Positions 19,861 to 30,700 of a DNA stretch of 64,000 bases are shown here, piece by piece. Origin of the DNA: a virus; the IMG/VR virus record IMGVR_UViG_3300045988_063132, positions 38,776 through 102,775 of that record; one strand, written 5' to 3'. The first letter of the stretch is position 1. Each line of letters opens with the position of its first letter. The translations under genes were made by a program, and so were the position numbers. The notes beneath the pieces are model-generated. The model saw nothing but the letters and a program-made list of their open reading frames with translations. It was not told the DNA's origin and did not search any database.

Positions 19861-20066
19861 GATATAATTCTATTTGCGCAATAGAACGAAGACTATACTA
19901 CCTCTGACTTTTGTCATGTAAGTATACCAGATCGTAGGCTGGCACTGACCACACAGGGGGTATTGTTAAAGGTGGAGAAGAGTAAGCACATATTTCTTTA
20001 ATATAAGAAATGAGCAGATGTGTGAATGGGCCTAATACAAATGCTAACTAGCATGTATTTAAATGG

Positions 20067-20091
20067 GGCGGTTCGAGTCCGCCACTCTTCA
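20067..20091 (+). ncRNA. tRNA-like T-arm plus 3' acceptor strand fragment (ggcgg-ttcgagt-ccgcc-actcttc-a)
   Basis: The T-stem is a perfect 5 bp with a TTCGAGT loop. The complementary 5' strand gaagagt occurs only at 19977-19983, about 84 nt upstream. No canonical cloverleaf can be drawn. Confidence 0.3.
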
Positions 20092-20112
20092 CTTTATTTA
20101 AATCTATATCAT

Positions 20113-21075
20113 ATGTATGACTCTACAAAAATAAAACAGCAAGATACTCCAATTACTTTGGATTATATCTTATCAAAAGTCACAGAATATGATATTTACG
20201 CTCGATATATTGGACAATTTAAGATTGGTTTTATTTATAATAGTCCATTTAGACAGGATAAAAATCCTTCATTTGGAATATTCAGAAGTAAAAAATCAGG
20301 CAAATTACTTTTCAAAGATCATGGAAATGGTGAATGTGGTGATGTTATTAAATTTGTAGAGATTTATACAGGTCTAACAAATTATAATGATATATTACAA
20401 CGAATTGTAACTGATTTATCTATTACAAATAATACTAAGCTTAAAAGTACCAAGTACTATGAATCTAAAGATACCATAATAGGTGTAGTTAGACAAGAAT
20501 GGACAGATATAGATAAACAATTCTGGTCACAATTTGGTATTAGTAAAGATACATTAAATAAATATAATGTATCTAGTATTAAATATTATTTATGTGACGG
20601 AATTGTTAAGGGCATATATAAGGATGAAAATCCTATGTATGCTTATAAAGTATATGATCATTTCAAGATTTATAGACCTTTAGCAGATAAATATACTAAA
20701 TGGCGTAATAATTTAACTGAGAATGATATTCAAGGTTATGAACAATTACCTAAAACTGGTGATTTATTAATTATTACTAAATCTTTAAAAGACGTAATGG
20801 TTCTTTATGAAATGGGATACAATGCTATATCACCATCATCAGAAAGTACTTTTATTCCAGATAAAGCTTTAAAGCAACTTAAGAAACGATTTAAACGTAT
20901 TTTAATTTGTTTTGATAGAGATATTCCTGGAGTTAAGAATATGCGTAAAATAAGCCTTAAAACAGGCTTAAATGGATTCTTAGTACATAAGAAATTCCAT
21001 AGTAAAGATATATCAGATGCTGTTAAGAATAATAGCTTTGATATAATTAAAAACTGGTTAAAAGAAATATTATGA
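20113..21075 (+). CDS. DnaG-like primase with TOPRIM domain
   Basis: TOPRIM acidic motifs are present (LIITKSLKDVMVLYEMG...ICFDRDIPG). A Cys/His-poor N-terminal region (RQDKNPSFGIF) precedes them. The start is ATG 20113, downstream of the T-arm element. Confidence 0.7.
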   Translation: MYDSTKIKQQDTPITLDYILSKVTEYDIYARYIGQFKIGFIYNSPFRQDKNPSFGIFRSKKSGKLLFKDHGNGECGDVIKFVEIYTGLTNYNDILQRIVTDLSITNNTKLKSTKYYESKDTIIGVVRQEWTDIDKQFWSQFGISKDTLNKYNVSSIKYYLCDGIVKGIYKDENPMYAYKVYDHFKIYRPLADKYTKWRNNLTENDIQGYEQLPKTGDLLIITKSLKDVMVLYEMGYNAISPSSESTFIPDKALKQLKKRFKRILICFDRDIPGVKNMRKISLKTGLNGFLVHKKFHSKDISDAVKNNSFDIIKNWLKEIL

Positions 21076-21314
21076 ATATATATTATTGGATTTGGAATGA
21101 TACAAGTTCTACAAAAGAACTACAAGAGTATTGTGGTGGAACAACTGTAGTAGCTGCAAATTCAGAAGAAGAAGCAAAACAACTTATTCGAGATGCATAT
21201 GCTCCAGGGTTTGGTAAACCTGTATTAGATATAGATTTAATATATAAAATAATGGGTGCCACAATTGATTGCGAAGAACCAACAATATTAATAGAAGAAG
21301 GACACGTAGAATGA
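21072..21314 (+). CDS. hypothetical small protein
   Basis: 80-aa ORF whose start overlaps the primase stop. Confidence 0.4.
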   Translation: MNIYYWIWNDTSSTKELQEYCGGTTVVAANSEEEAKQLIRDAYAPGFGKPVLDIDLIYKIMGATIDCEEPTILIEEGHVE

Positions 21315-21874
21315 TTTGGTTTACTTCAGATCTACATTTCTTTCATGACCGTATCTTAGAATTCCATCCAAAACGTAAAGAAATATTTGGAAATACTGTT
21401 GAAAAGGCTAAAGAAGCTATGATACAGTTATGGAATTCCAGAGTAAATAAGAAGGATACAGTGTATATTCTTGGTGATTTATCATTTGGTGAAGTAGAAG
21501 ATAAAAGAAAACTATTTCAAAGACTAAATGGTAATAAAGTCTTAATATTAGGTAATCATGATAAAGTACCAGATCATTTGAAATGTTATTTTAATCATAT
21601 TACTCAAATCAAGAATATAAAATTTAAGAAATCTGTATATAACTTTCTATACAAAGATCTTGAAGTGATTATGTGTCATTTTCCAATGTTAAGTTGGGAA
21701 CATAAAGACAAAGGATCTGTAATGATACACGGTCATTGTCATGGAAAAGTAGATCAAATAAACACGGATTCTAAAGAATTAAGAGTAGATGTTGGTATAG
21801 ATGCAAATCTAGCTAATTACGATTTAATATCTTTAGAGAAACTATCTAAACATTTAGAAAAAATAGAAAAATGA
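21311..21874 (+). CDS. calcineurin-like metallophosphoesterase
   Basis: MPE motifs are present: SDLHF, YILGDLSFG, LILGNHD and HGHCHG. The ATGA overlap with the upstream stop supports the 21311 start. Confidence 0.65.
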   Translation: MIWFTSDLHFFHDRILEFHPKRKEIFGNTVEKAKEAMIQLWNSRVNKKDTVYILGDLSFGEVEDKRKLFQRLNGNKVLILGNHDKVPDHLKCYFNHITQIKNIKFKKSVYNFLYKDLEVIMCHFPMLSWEHKDKGSVMIHGHCHGKVDQINTDSKELRVDVGIDANLANYDLISLEKLSKHLEKIEK

Positions 21875-22024
21875 CAATAACAGTATTTGAATTAGCACTA
21901 ATTGTATTTATTTCTAATATTGGTGCTACAATGGTCTGTGAAGGAATCGAAACTCTGGTAGAAGCGTATGAAGACTACAAGAAGAAAAAGAAAAATCTCA
22001 CAGAACAAAAAGATTAAAAACGCT
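21872..22024 (+). CDS. small membrane protein (50 aa, below ORF-track cutoff)
   Basis: It reads MTITVFELALIVFISNIGATMVCEGIE...KKKKKNLTEQKD. The start overlaps the phosphoesterase stop. Confidence 0.3.
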
Positions 22025-22384
22025 ACACCTAATACATATGATGGAATAAAATTTAAGTCTCAATTAGAAACTTATGTTTATAAACAATTAAAGGCTCATA
22101 ATCTTAAAGCAGAATATGAGCCTATTAAGTTTGAATTAATTCCATCATTTGTATTTTGTGGAAAGAAAATTCGTGCTATGACGTATACTCCAGATTTTGT
22201 TGGAGATAATTTTATTATCGAAGCAAAGGGAAGACCTAATGATGTATGGCCGTATAAATGGAAATGGTTTATGTGGTCATTATTAAATCGAGGTTTGGCT
22301 GAGAAGTATAAGTTATTTGTAGTACATAATCATAAAGAAACAGATGAATGTATTAAACGAATACAAGAACTTAAAGATATATGA
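21968..22384 (+). CDS. PD-(D/E)xK nuclease, VRR-NUC-like
   Basis: It has the TPDFVGDNFIIEAKG motif (PD...ExK). A basic N-terminus is present. Confidence 0.5.
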   Translation: MKTTRRKRKISQNKKIKNATPNTYDGIKFKSQLETYVYKQLKAHNLKAEYEPIKFELIPSFVFCGKKIRAMTYTPDFVGDNFIIEAKGRPNDVWPYKWKWFMWSLLNRGLAEKYKLFVVHNHKETDECIKRIQELKDI

Positions 22385-23067
22385 AAATAACTGCAATAAG
22401 TGATTTACACGGTAATCTGATTGACATAGAACCATGTGATACACTATTAATCTGTGGAGATATTTCACCATTAGAAATTCAAAGAGACTATATACAAATG
22501 ACTAAATGGTTCTTTAATGAGTTTCAAAAGTGGATTATGAATCTACCTTGTGATAGAGTAATACTTACTCCAGGTAATCATGATTTTTGGTTTGAAAAAA
22601 TGATTACTCAATCTCAGACATATTTATTTGATAAATTAACTATTTTAATTAATGGAGAAGTAAATATTTATTCAGGTGTAGATGATAAATACTATAAAAT
22701 ATTTGGTACGCCGTATTGTAAAGATTTTGGTTGCTGGGCATATATGCCTGGTAATGCTATATTACCAAGTGTTTATAGTACTATCCCAAAAGATGTAGAT
22801 ATATTGATGTGTCATGATTCTCCCCAAGTAGGATATGTAGCAAATATTATGGAACATAAAAGTGAGACATACCCCAATGGTATACCAGCAGGTAATATCT
22901 ATTTATTTGATGAAATTGTAGAAAAGAAACCTAAGTATGTATTATCTGGACACATTCATTCCGGAGATCACACATTACAAGAGTACGCAGGTACAAAATA
23001 TGCTAATGTAAGTATATTAGATGAATCTTATTCGATTAATTATAAACCACTAACATTTGAACTATGA
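22381..23067 (+). CDS. second calcineurin-like metallophosphoesterase
   Basis: MPE motifs are present: ISDLHGN, LICGDISP, LTPGNHDF and GHIHSGD. Confidence 0.6.
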   Translation: MKITAISDLHGNLIDIEPCDTLLICGDISPLEIQRDYIQMTKWFFNEFQKWIMNLPCDRVILTPGNHDFWFEKMITQSQTYLFDKLTILINGEVNIYSGVDDKYYKIFGTPYCKDFGCWAYMPGNAILPSVYSTIPKDVDILMCHDSPQVGYVANIMEHKSETYPNGIPAGNIYLFDEIVEKKPKYVLSGHIHSGDHTLQEYAGTKYANVSILDESYSINYKPLTFEL

Positions 23068-23237
23068 AAAAATTAAATAAATCTGAAATTATTGCTAAAT
23101 TGTTTAAAACAGATGAAAATACAGCAGAATTTGTAGGTAAGTATGAAGATACTACTAACGAATATCTGGGAGAAGTAAATAATTCTACTGAAGAATTTGT
23201 TGGACAATTAGAAGATAATACAGAAGAAAACGTATAA
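23064..23237 (+). CDS. small acidic protein with internal tandem repeat (57 aa, below cutoff)
   Basis: It reads MKKLNKSEIIAKLFKTDENTAEFVGKYEDTTNEYLGEVNNSTEEFVGQLEDNTEENV. The repeats follow the pattern TxEFVGxxEDxT. Confidence 0.3.
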   Translation: MKKLNKSEIIAKLFKTDENTAEFVGKYEDTTNEYLGEVNNSTEEFVGQLEDNTEENV

Positions 23238-24232
23238 TGGATATATCTATACCATATTATGAAGATCTCACTCGTATAAGTAATTCTAATATCGGATGGT
23301 TCTTAAAAAAAGGACCAAGATATCTTAAAGAAATGCTTGACGGAAAAGAAGGTCTAAAAGCTAGTTTTCTGGATAAAGGCACTATGATACATGAATATAT
23401 TCTTCAACCAGAAGAATTCTGGAAAGATTATATTATATTGGATTTTGCAGTACCTAAAGTAAAGCAACAAAAAGATTTACTTGAATTCTATTCGAGTGCT
23501 AGATCAATCGATCCTTTTGCATCTGAAGATGATATATTACTTATGAGTTATGAAGCAGCTTATAATAATACTAAATCTAAAGAGAAAAAGATTCAAGAAG
23601 CAAAAGAATTAGTAGAAACTTACCAAAATTACATAGAATACTTTAGAAATAAAGATTCTAAAAAAGTAATATCATTTGCAGATCTTAATATGTTAAAAGC
23701 AATTAAGAAAAATATGGAAGATCATAAGAAAGCAAATGAATTATTATTTAAATATCCAGAAACATTTGAAGTTCATAATGAATTTCATATTAATTGGGAG
23801 TATCCTAATGCTTCTTCATTAGGAGATCTTCCATGTAAATCATTACTAGATAGAGTAATGATAGATCACACAAACAAAAAGATAATATTAGTGGATATAA
23901 AGACGACAGCCGATGTTTATAATTTTAAACATTCAATAGAGGAATTTGATTATTGTCGTCAACTAGCTTACTATTGGTTGGCTATCCATTGGTATTTTAA
24001 AAACGAACTAAAACTTAATATTGAAGCATATGAATACGAAACTTATATTGTTGCAGTACAATCTCATGATGGGTATGAAGTTAGAGTCTTTAAATTCAAT
24101 CCTAAAACAATTGAGGAAAGACTTGTAACCATAGATTATGCTATAAAACGAATTGCTTGGCATAAAAACAATAATTTATGGGATCATATGAAAGAATACT
24201 ATGATGAAGATGGTGCAGAACTGTTACAATAA
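23237..24232 (+). CDS. PD-(D/E)xK exonuclease of the RecB/Cas4/lambda-Exo-like family
   Basis: Motif III is ILVDIKTT. The QxxxY motif is CRQLAYYW. Confidence 0.55.
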   Translation: MDISIPYYEDLTRISNSNIGWFLKKGPRYLKEMLDGKEGLKASFLDKGTMIHEYILQPEEFWKDYIILDFAVPKVKQQKDLLEFYSSARSIDPFASEDDILLMSYEAAYNNTKSKEKKIQEAKELVETYQNYIEYFRNKDSKKVISFADLNMLKAIKKNMEDHKKANELLFKYPETFEVHNEFHINWEYPNASSLGDLPCKSLLDRVMIDHTNKKIILVDIKTTADVYNFKHSIEEFDYCRQLAYYWLAIHWYFKNELKLNIEAYEYETYIVAVQSHDGYEVRVFKFNPKTIEERLVTIDYAIKRIAWHKNNNLWDHMKEYYDEDGAELLQ

Positions 24233-24680
24233 CGTAGTAAAATATTTATTACCTTTGTATAGTTTTAATTATATTATCTCGAATGATGTAATTCAATTTG
24301 TAGGGGCGTATAGTTATTGCCCCTACATTCCACTACTTGATAAATTATTTATACTATATAGAATTATAGATAAAGAGAAGTCAGAAAGACTTGATTTACC
24401 TAATACTTTTAAGAAAGAAATTGTTACTATTAGTAATGAAACAATGCTAATAGTAGTTTTAAATAAACCTGATACATTTTATTATGATTGGGAATATTTG
24501 GTAAATGGCGAATTTGATAACATAAGTTACGAATGTCAGAAGAGAATATTAAGTTCTGATATAAACAAATATAACAAAAAACTAATTTATGAAACTTTTC
24601 ACGGTTTCATGAATAGAACAATTCGTCAAAGTAGTATAAATAAAGAATGTATTGGATTCAATGAGATGTTGACTTGGTAG
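24201..24680 (+). CDS. hypothetical protein
   Basis: 159-aa ORF. It is the last gene of the plus-strand block. Confidence 0.35.
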   Translation: MMKMVQNCYNNVVKYLLPLYSFNYIISNDVIQFVGAYSYCPYIPLLDKLFILYRIIDKEKSERLDLPNTFKKEIVTISNETMLIVVLNKPDTFYYDWEYLVNGEFDNISYECQKRILSSDINKYNKKLIYETFHGFMNRTIRQSSINKECIGFNEMLTW

Positions 24681-24712
24681 TAATACTACAAAATATAACT
24701 ATACACAAAAGA

Positions 24713-24750
24713 AAAGCCGTAGCAAATTAATGTTACGGCTTTGTTTTTTG
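24713..24750. terminator. bidirectional intrinsic terminator at the convergence of the two modules
   Basis: The 9-bp stem is aaagccgta/tacggcttt with a 12-nt loop. A T-run (gttttttg) lies 3' on the plus strand and a T-rich tract (tcttttgtg) 3' on the minus strand. Confidence 0.6.
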
Positions 24751-24776
24751 TATTGTCCGGGCAATGAAGTATTTGA

Positions 24777-27700
24777 TTAAAGGATACTTAATAATTGTTT
24801 TTCATCTTCAATATTGCGCAAACGATATATTTGTCTTACTAAGGGTATTAAATCCATAGCTCTTTTCTTTATCTTGAGTTCTCCTTTCCAATCACCTTTT
24901 TCAAATCTTGCAGTAGGTGTGAGTAATGCTTTTATGAAATTAGAAACACTCTTTAATACACTACTAGATGGTAAAGGAGATTGTACAATTTTCATAAAGC
25001 TTGCAGGAGAAATATAGAAAGTCATATCTGTAGAAAGTCTGAAAATTTGATAGTCTAAATGATTAAATACTTGTGCCATAACAGAATCATCGTCATCAGG
25101 CTTATATTCTTTTAATAGCATTCCCATTACTGTGAGTGCCATAAATAAGCATATCTCTGTAGTAAAACGCTTTACATTTGCTTTTTCGGCTTCAGTCATA
25201 GTGTCCCAATCAGCTTTTTCAGCATACTCTAGAGCTTTCGCTTCATCTACAAATCTTTCAAAAAATCCTCTGATTTTATTATAGTAATATGCTCCGCCGT
25301 CTCTATAATACCCTTTACTAAAGGTTTGACCATATTCATCATAATATTCTTTAGCCCATCTACGTTTACCAGTAGTCCAAATCCATTTACGGAACATGAG
25401 AACTAATTTACCAACACTATATTGCTGTAATGCTACTTTACTATAAGAAGCGTAGTTACCATGCATCTTTCTTAATATCGCAGTCACTTGTTGACCAAAC
25501 GCTATTTGATCCTTTTTACTGAAATTGGCTACTTTGTGTTCTTTATCAAAAACTAATTTGCCGTTTTCCACAGTAAAGTAATCAAAAATCGAACCTATAT
25601 CTTCTCCTTTTTTATTCAGAGCTCTTTTTTCAATCAACGAGGCTAATAGGAATCTAGATTGAGCTTCATGTTCCCCAACATTTGTTGTGAAATACAATGT
25701 TGAAATTTTACCAAGTTTACTTAATCTGTTATTTTCTAATAATGATCCTTCATTAAAGTCTGTAAACACACCAAAATGTTCATTCAACAAATTAGTTAGA
25801 CTAGTAATCTTTCTAGAACCTATATCACCAAGAATGTTTGGCATATCTGCAAGATATTCTCCAGTAGCTCTAGTATAAGAACTTGCAGATACATATTGAT
25901 TAGCAAATGCTTCCATAGTTTGTTGAACTTCTGCCATGAGAGCGTTGTTAATCATACTTACGGTATTTAAACCCATGATTTTTAAAGAAGTATACTTTTC
26001 GAACATTTTCAATGTCTTGGCATTGTCTAAACCAAAAGTGGTACCTAAGTTCTTATTATTTATACCATATACTACTTGATCAAACCAAGCATTTAATTGT
26101 GCTATTAAGTTTTCGTCTGTAGTTAAAGCATTTGTAGTTGGATCAATATCATTAGTGCCATTATTCATTATTTTTGATAACACGTTTTTAATTGGATTTC
26201 CTTCAGAATCTGTTTTGATTGTCTTACGATTCTCAATGACCCATTTTGTATATTCCAATTGAGGTAATATGTCATTAATATATTTATAATTATTGACAGA
26301 TCTGAACCACTCTTTATATATAGTAGCTACATCTAAAGATTGTTCGCTTGATGGTAGAATATTAGTAAAGAAAATAGGTACAAACTTTATAGGTCTATCT
26401 AATTCATCTGTCATTTGCATACCTTTATCAGTATCATCTGCACGCAACGTAAAATCCTTTTTTACCGCTTCTATTAATTGACTAGTAACGCCTTCTGAAA
26501 CAACCCTTTCTGCTAGTACTTTAGACATACCTGGTAATCTACCATTTAACTTAAATCGGTCTGGAACAAAAGAATCTCCATGTTTACTTAAGTCGGATAT
26601 AAAATCAAAGAATCTAACACGTATGTCTTGAGGATTGGTATTCCTAATCTTTTCTAAATCATTCCATTTTTTATTAGGGTATTTGGAAGATAAAGGTTTT
26701 CTGTGATTCCAATTTAATTCATTAAATTTTTGTCTTAAATAATCTGCAACATCTTCGGTAATTTGTTTTCTATACACTAAATCAGCCCAACTGCGCTTTA
26801 AAGATTGATCTTTTTTCTCATTATTTATAAGATATTTATATTCTTTGGCTGTGATCTTACCAGAAGATAACAATTCGTCTATTACTCTGGTTTTTTCTCT
26901 TGCTAATTCTGCTTTACCTTCTATTGGTGCATTTTCATTTAACCATCCAGCTATTGCTACAGCTTTATCTTTATTTGTTTCATACTTAGGATTAGTGTTT
27001 ATTTCTTTTTTTGCTCTTTCATATGCCACCATAAATTCTGGAGATAATTTTGAAATAACACGAATACCGTTTGCATCATTCTCAATCATGAAATCATATA
27101 ATTTTGCAGGATTACTTTTAAATGCGGGATACGCATTCTCCAGCTCCTCAGTAAGAGATATTAAATCTCTATACATATTATTAAATTCCATATTTGATTC
27201 TGTCCAACGCGTATGATATGCTCTAGCCATAGCCCCCACTATTGGATCTGCACTTTCAAACACAGTATCTAGCATTCTACTCATCATTCCTAGAGGAGAA
27301 GTAGTTGCTATTTTACTCTGCTGTCTAAGCAGTTCCCGACTTCTTAAATCTATTTCATTTCTATGTTCTGATACATAATTTTCAATGTATTTATTCATAG
27401 CAACTTTATCATTTAGTCTATCGGTTCCTTTGTTTGCTTTTTTATAAGCTTTTTCCGCATCTAGTCTATAATCTGCTTCCACTCTAGAGGAGAAAGGAGC
27501 CAACCAATCTAACCATATTCTTTCGCCTTTAGATTTATAAGCGTTTTCTAATATGTTTTTGTAAGATACTACAGTAGCTAAAGATTCCTTGAATTCGCTC
27601 AATTCTTTTTTACTTAAGCCTGTTAAAGCGGTAGGATTCAAAAATAGATAGTTTTGAATATCTTCTAAATTAGAGAATGATTGTGCATAGTTTTTCCATG

Positions 27701-30700
27701 CTTCTAACTTACGTAAATTCCATATGTTCTGGACACCTTTGCGCTCTAATTCTAAATTAGCATTATATTCATCAATTAAAGGCTTTAATAAATCCATAGA
27801 TTTTTTGACATAAGCTACTAGTATTTCACTTTCTTCCATAGAATTAAGCTCATCAATAGTCTTCTTTATTACTTCGGATTTTGTAGTATAACCTTTCACT
27901 TTATAAATAGCTAATTGGTTTTTTAATACCTTTAATATATTAGATACAATTTCTGACTGTCTTAATAGATTTTCAGAATTAATATCCGAAGTAATAGCAT
28001 TGGCATCTGCTGTCAGAACTGTTTGATTTATTTCTTGTTCTAAAGCATTATTGGTTCTATGATAAATGGAACCATCTGCTTGAGCATAATCTAAATCCGG
28101 TATCCACACTTCAGTAATTACCCCATTTTCATCAATAGTGTATTCTAAAGGAATAATCTCTTTATGATCAATATTAATACCCAACAGTTCAAGCATTCTC
28201 TTATACAGAGTTAATTGATAGTCATGTCTAGAAGCATCTGGTTTACCACCTTTTTTAGTTTCTTTCTTAGCACTAAAATAATAATCAAATCCATACTTTC
28301 CTTTGCCTTTAAACACTCTAGCTTTTGTCTTAAAGTCTTTTAAATGTATTTGACCATCACTATCTTTTACTAGTAAGTCCAACGTACCTGCAATTTTAGC
28401 AGCATCGTTTGAAATAATCTGTTCTGATGCGATAACCTTATCACCCTTTTTAACGATTTTTGGAATTACTACATTTTTAATCATCTTCTTGGCGGAATCT
28501 GCTAACTTTACTTCAGACGGTGCAGTTTTTTCTCCAGTAAGAGCGCTATGAATATAATCATGAATAGCTGTACCAACTTTAGCTGCATATTCTCCGTAAG
28601 CCAAGTCTTCATCTGACATTGATTCAATATCAGCACCATAACCGTTTAAATCTTTAATAACAGATACTGGAGTATATACGTCTCCTGTATCTACATTTGT
28701 ATAGGTATGTGATTCAGATTCAAAAGCTATATGATTCTTTTGATTAGATAAAATTGATTTTATTTTTGCTTCATCACTAGTTTTTTGAACATTGTAATAT
28801 TCAGGTAAGGAACGCATTGCCTCTTCATATGCTGCTTCATCAAAACCCTCGTGCTGATAATTGTCGATAAACATCACATGTTCAAGTTCTACCATAGTTT
28901 CATTATATAAATTATTATTTTTAGATTTATATAATTTACTAAGGATACCCATTATCCAATCAAGTAAGTCTTTTATAAAACTTGAATTGTTTTTAACAGG
29001 TTTACTTGATTCAATCTGATATAATTCCTTTATAAAACTTGAATTGGCAAACGCTTCTGCAAAGAATTCATCAATGTTTGTTAATCCATAAAATACATCT
29101 TTATACTCTAAACTAGTGCTAAGTTCTTTCCAACTTTTTCTATATTTCTTTTCAAATGCAGTTCTAGCGTAATCTAACAACTTCTGTGCAGATTTCCTAG
29201 AACTAGGGTTTAATTGCAGAGCGTGTACAGTAGCAGCGTGTACTAATTCGTGTAATATTGTACTATCCGCAAGTCCATCTTTGCCCTTAAATATAGAATC
29301 ACCAAAGATTACAATTGTGTTGGTGTTTGGATTATAAGATGCTGCAACTTCTTTATTGTGATTGGGAAGATGCACAGGTTTGTATTCTAATTTAACATCT
29401 TTTAACACATCAGATGTAAGTTTGTTTAACGTATCTGTGAGATGTTTTAACTCAGGGTTGCTACGATTAATTCTATCCAATATAGTTCTAGCACTTACTG
29501 TAAATTTTTGTTTAAATAATCTTTCAAATAATGTACTATCAGATGTGCCATTTACTGTGGATAAATTGTGATAAATATTATTGTCCTGAGTAGAGAATGT
29601 ACCTTGATTATCTATTGATTTAATTTGATTTGGTCTTGTTACTAAGTATTCATTACCTGTAGATCGTGCAAATTCTCCCGTATATTTATCATGACCAATT
29701 ATTCCATCACTATTTCTTTTTCCTTCATATATATATATACTTTCTATATCTTTACTAACTAAATCTGTTTCAGTATAAATAGGATTTGTTATCTTTAAAA
29801 ATACTGGCATTATAATATTACCAGATTTTGCTTCTGCGACACTCTCAGCATAATTTTTATCTGAAGTAAAAAAGAATCCTGGATTAAATTCTCTATCGTC
29901 TTTATAATTAAAGTCAGAAATAGTAGAATTAGTTCCATGATATACTACTAAAGGTTCACCATTTTCATCTACTACTTTGGATATACCAAGATGTTCATTT
30001 AAATAATCCTCAAAATATTGATTTTCATTTAAATATTCTACAGGGATACCTGTAGTATTTGAAATTGTTTCATTTATTCCTTCTTTCCATAATTTAGATT
30101 CTTTTTCTTTTCCACCTCTTCCAATATTTCTTTTTATAAAGTCATCATCTTTTAAATTTATAATTCTATTAAAATCTTGTGGAAACATTTTAAGTAAATT
30201 ATGTGGAGAAGCAAATAATATTTTACCTTCTTTTTTGACTTTATTTTTTACTCTTTCCCATTCTGATTTAATAAATTCTACATAATCTGGATGTCTTTCT
30301 GGATAAATTAGATATTCGTTTCTAGCTTTTTTATATTCCGGAGTGCCTTTGACTGTATTTGAATGGTCTTCGATCCACTTATCTCTTTTTGTATTAAATT
30401 CTTCATCCCAGTCAATTAGTTTATCTTTATATTTACCAGATTCTAAAGAGTATGTTTTACCAATTGCAGGATGACCAAAAATAATATTACCAGGTTTTAT
30501 AGTATTGGTCCAATCACCAAACCAGTCTCTAAAGCTATTAGAGTAAGTTCTAGCTTTAGCTTGAATAGCAGCTACCCTGTCACCATTATAATGCTCTAAA
30601 AGGTCTGAAAATAGCTTAGATGGCTCCCCATTGGGAGCCTTATCTATGCTATTACCATTGTTAAGCGACCATATATGATAAGCCGCTGCTTCACTAGTTG

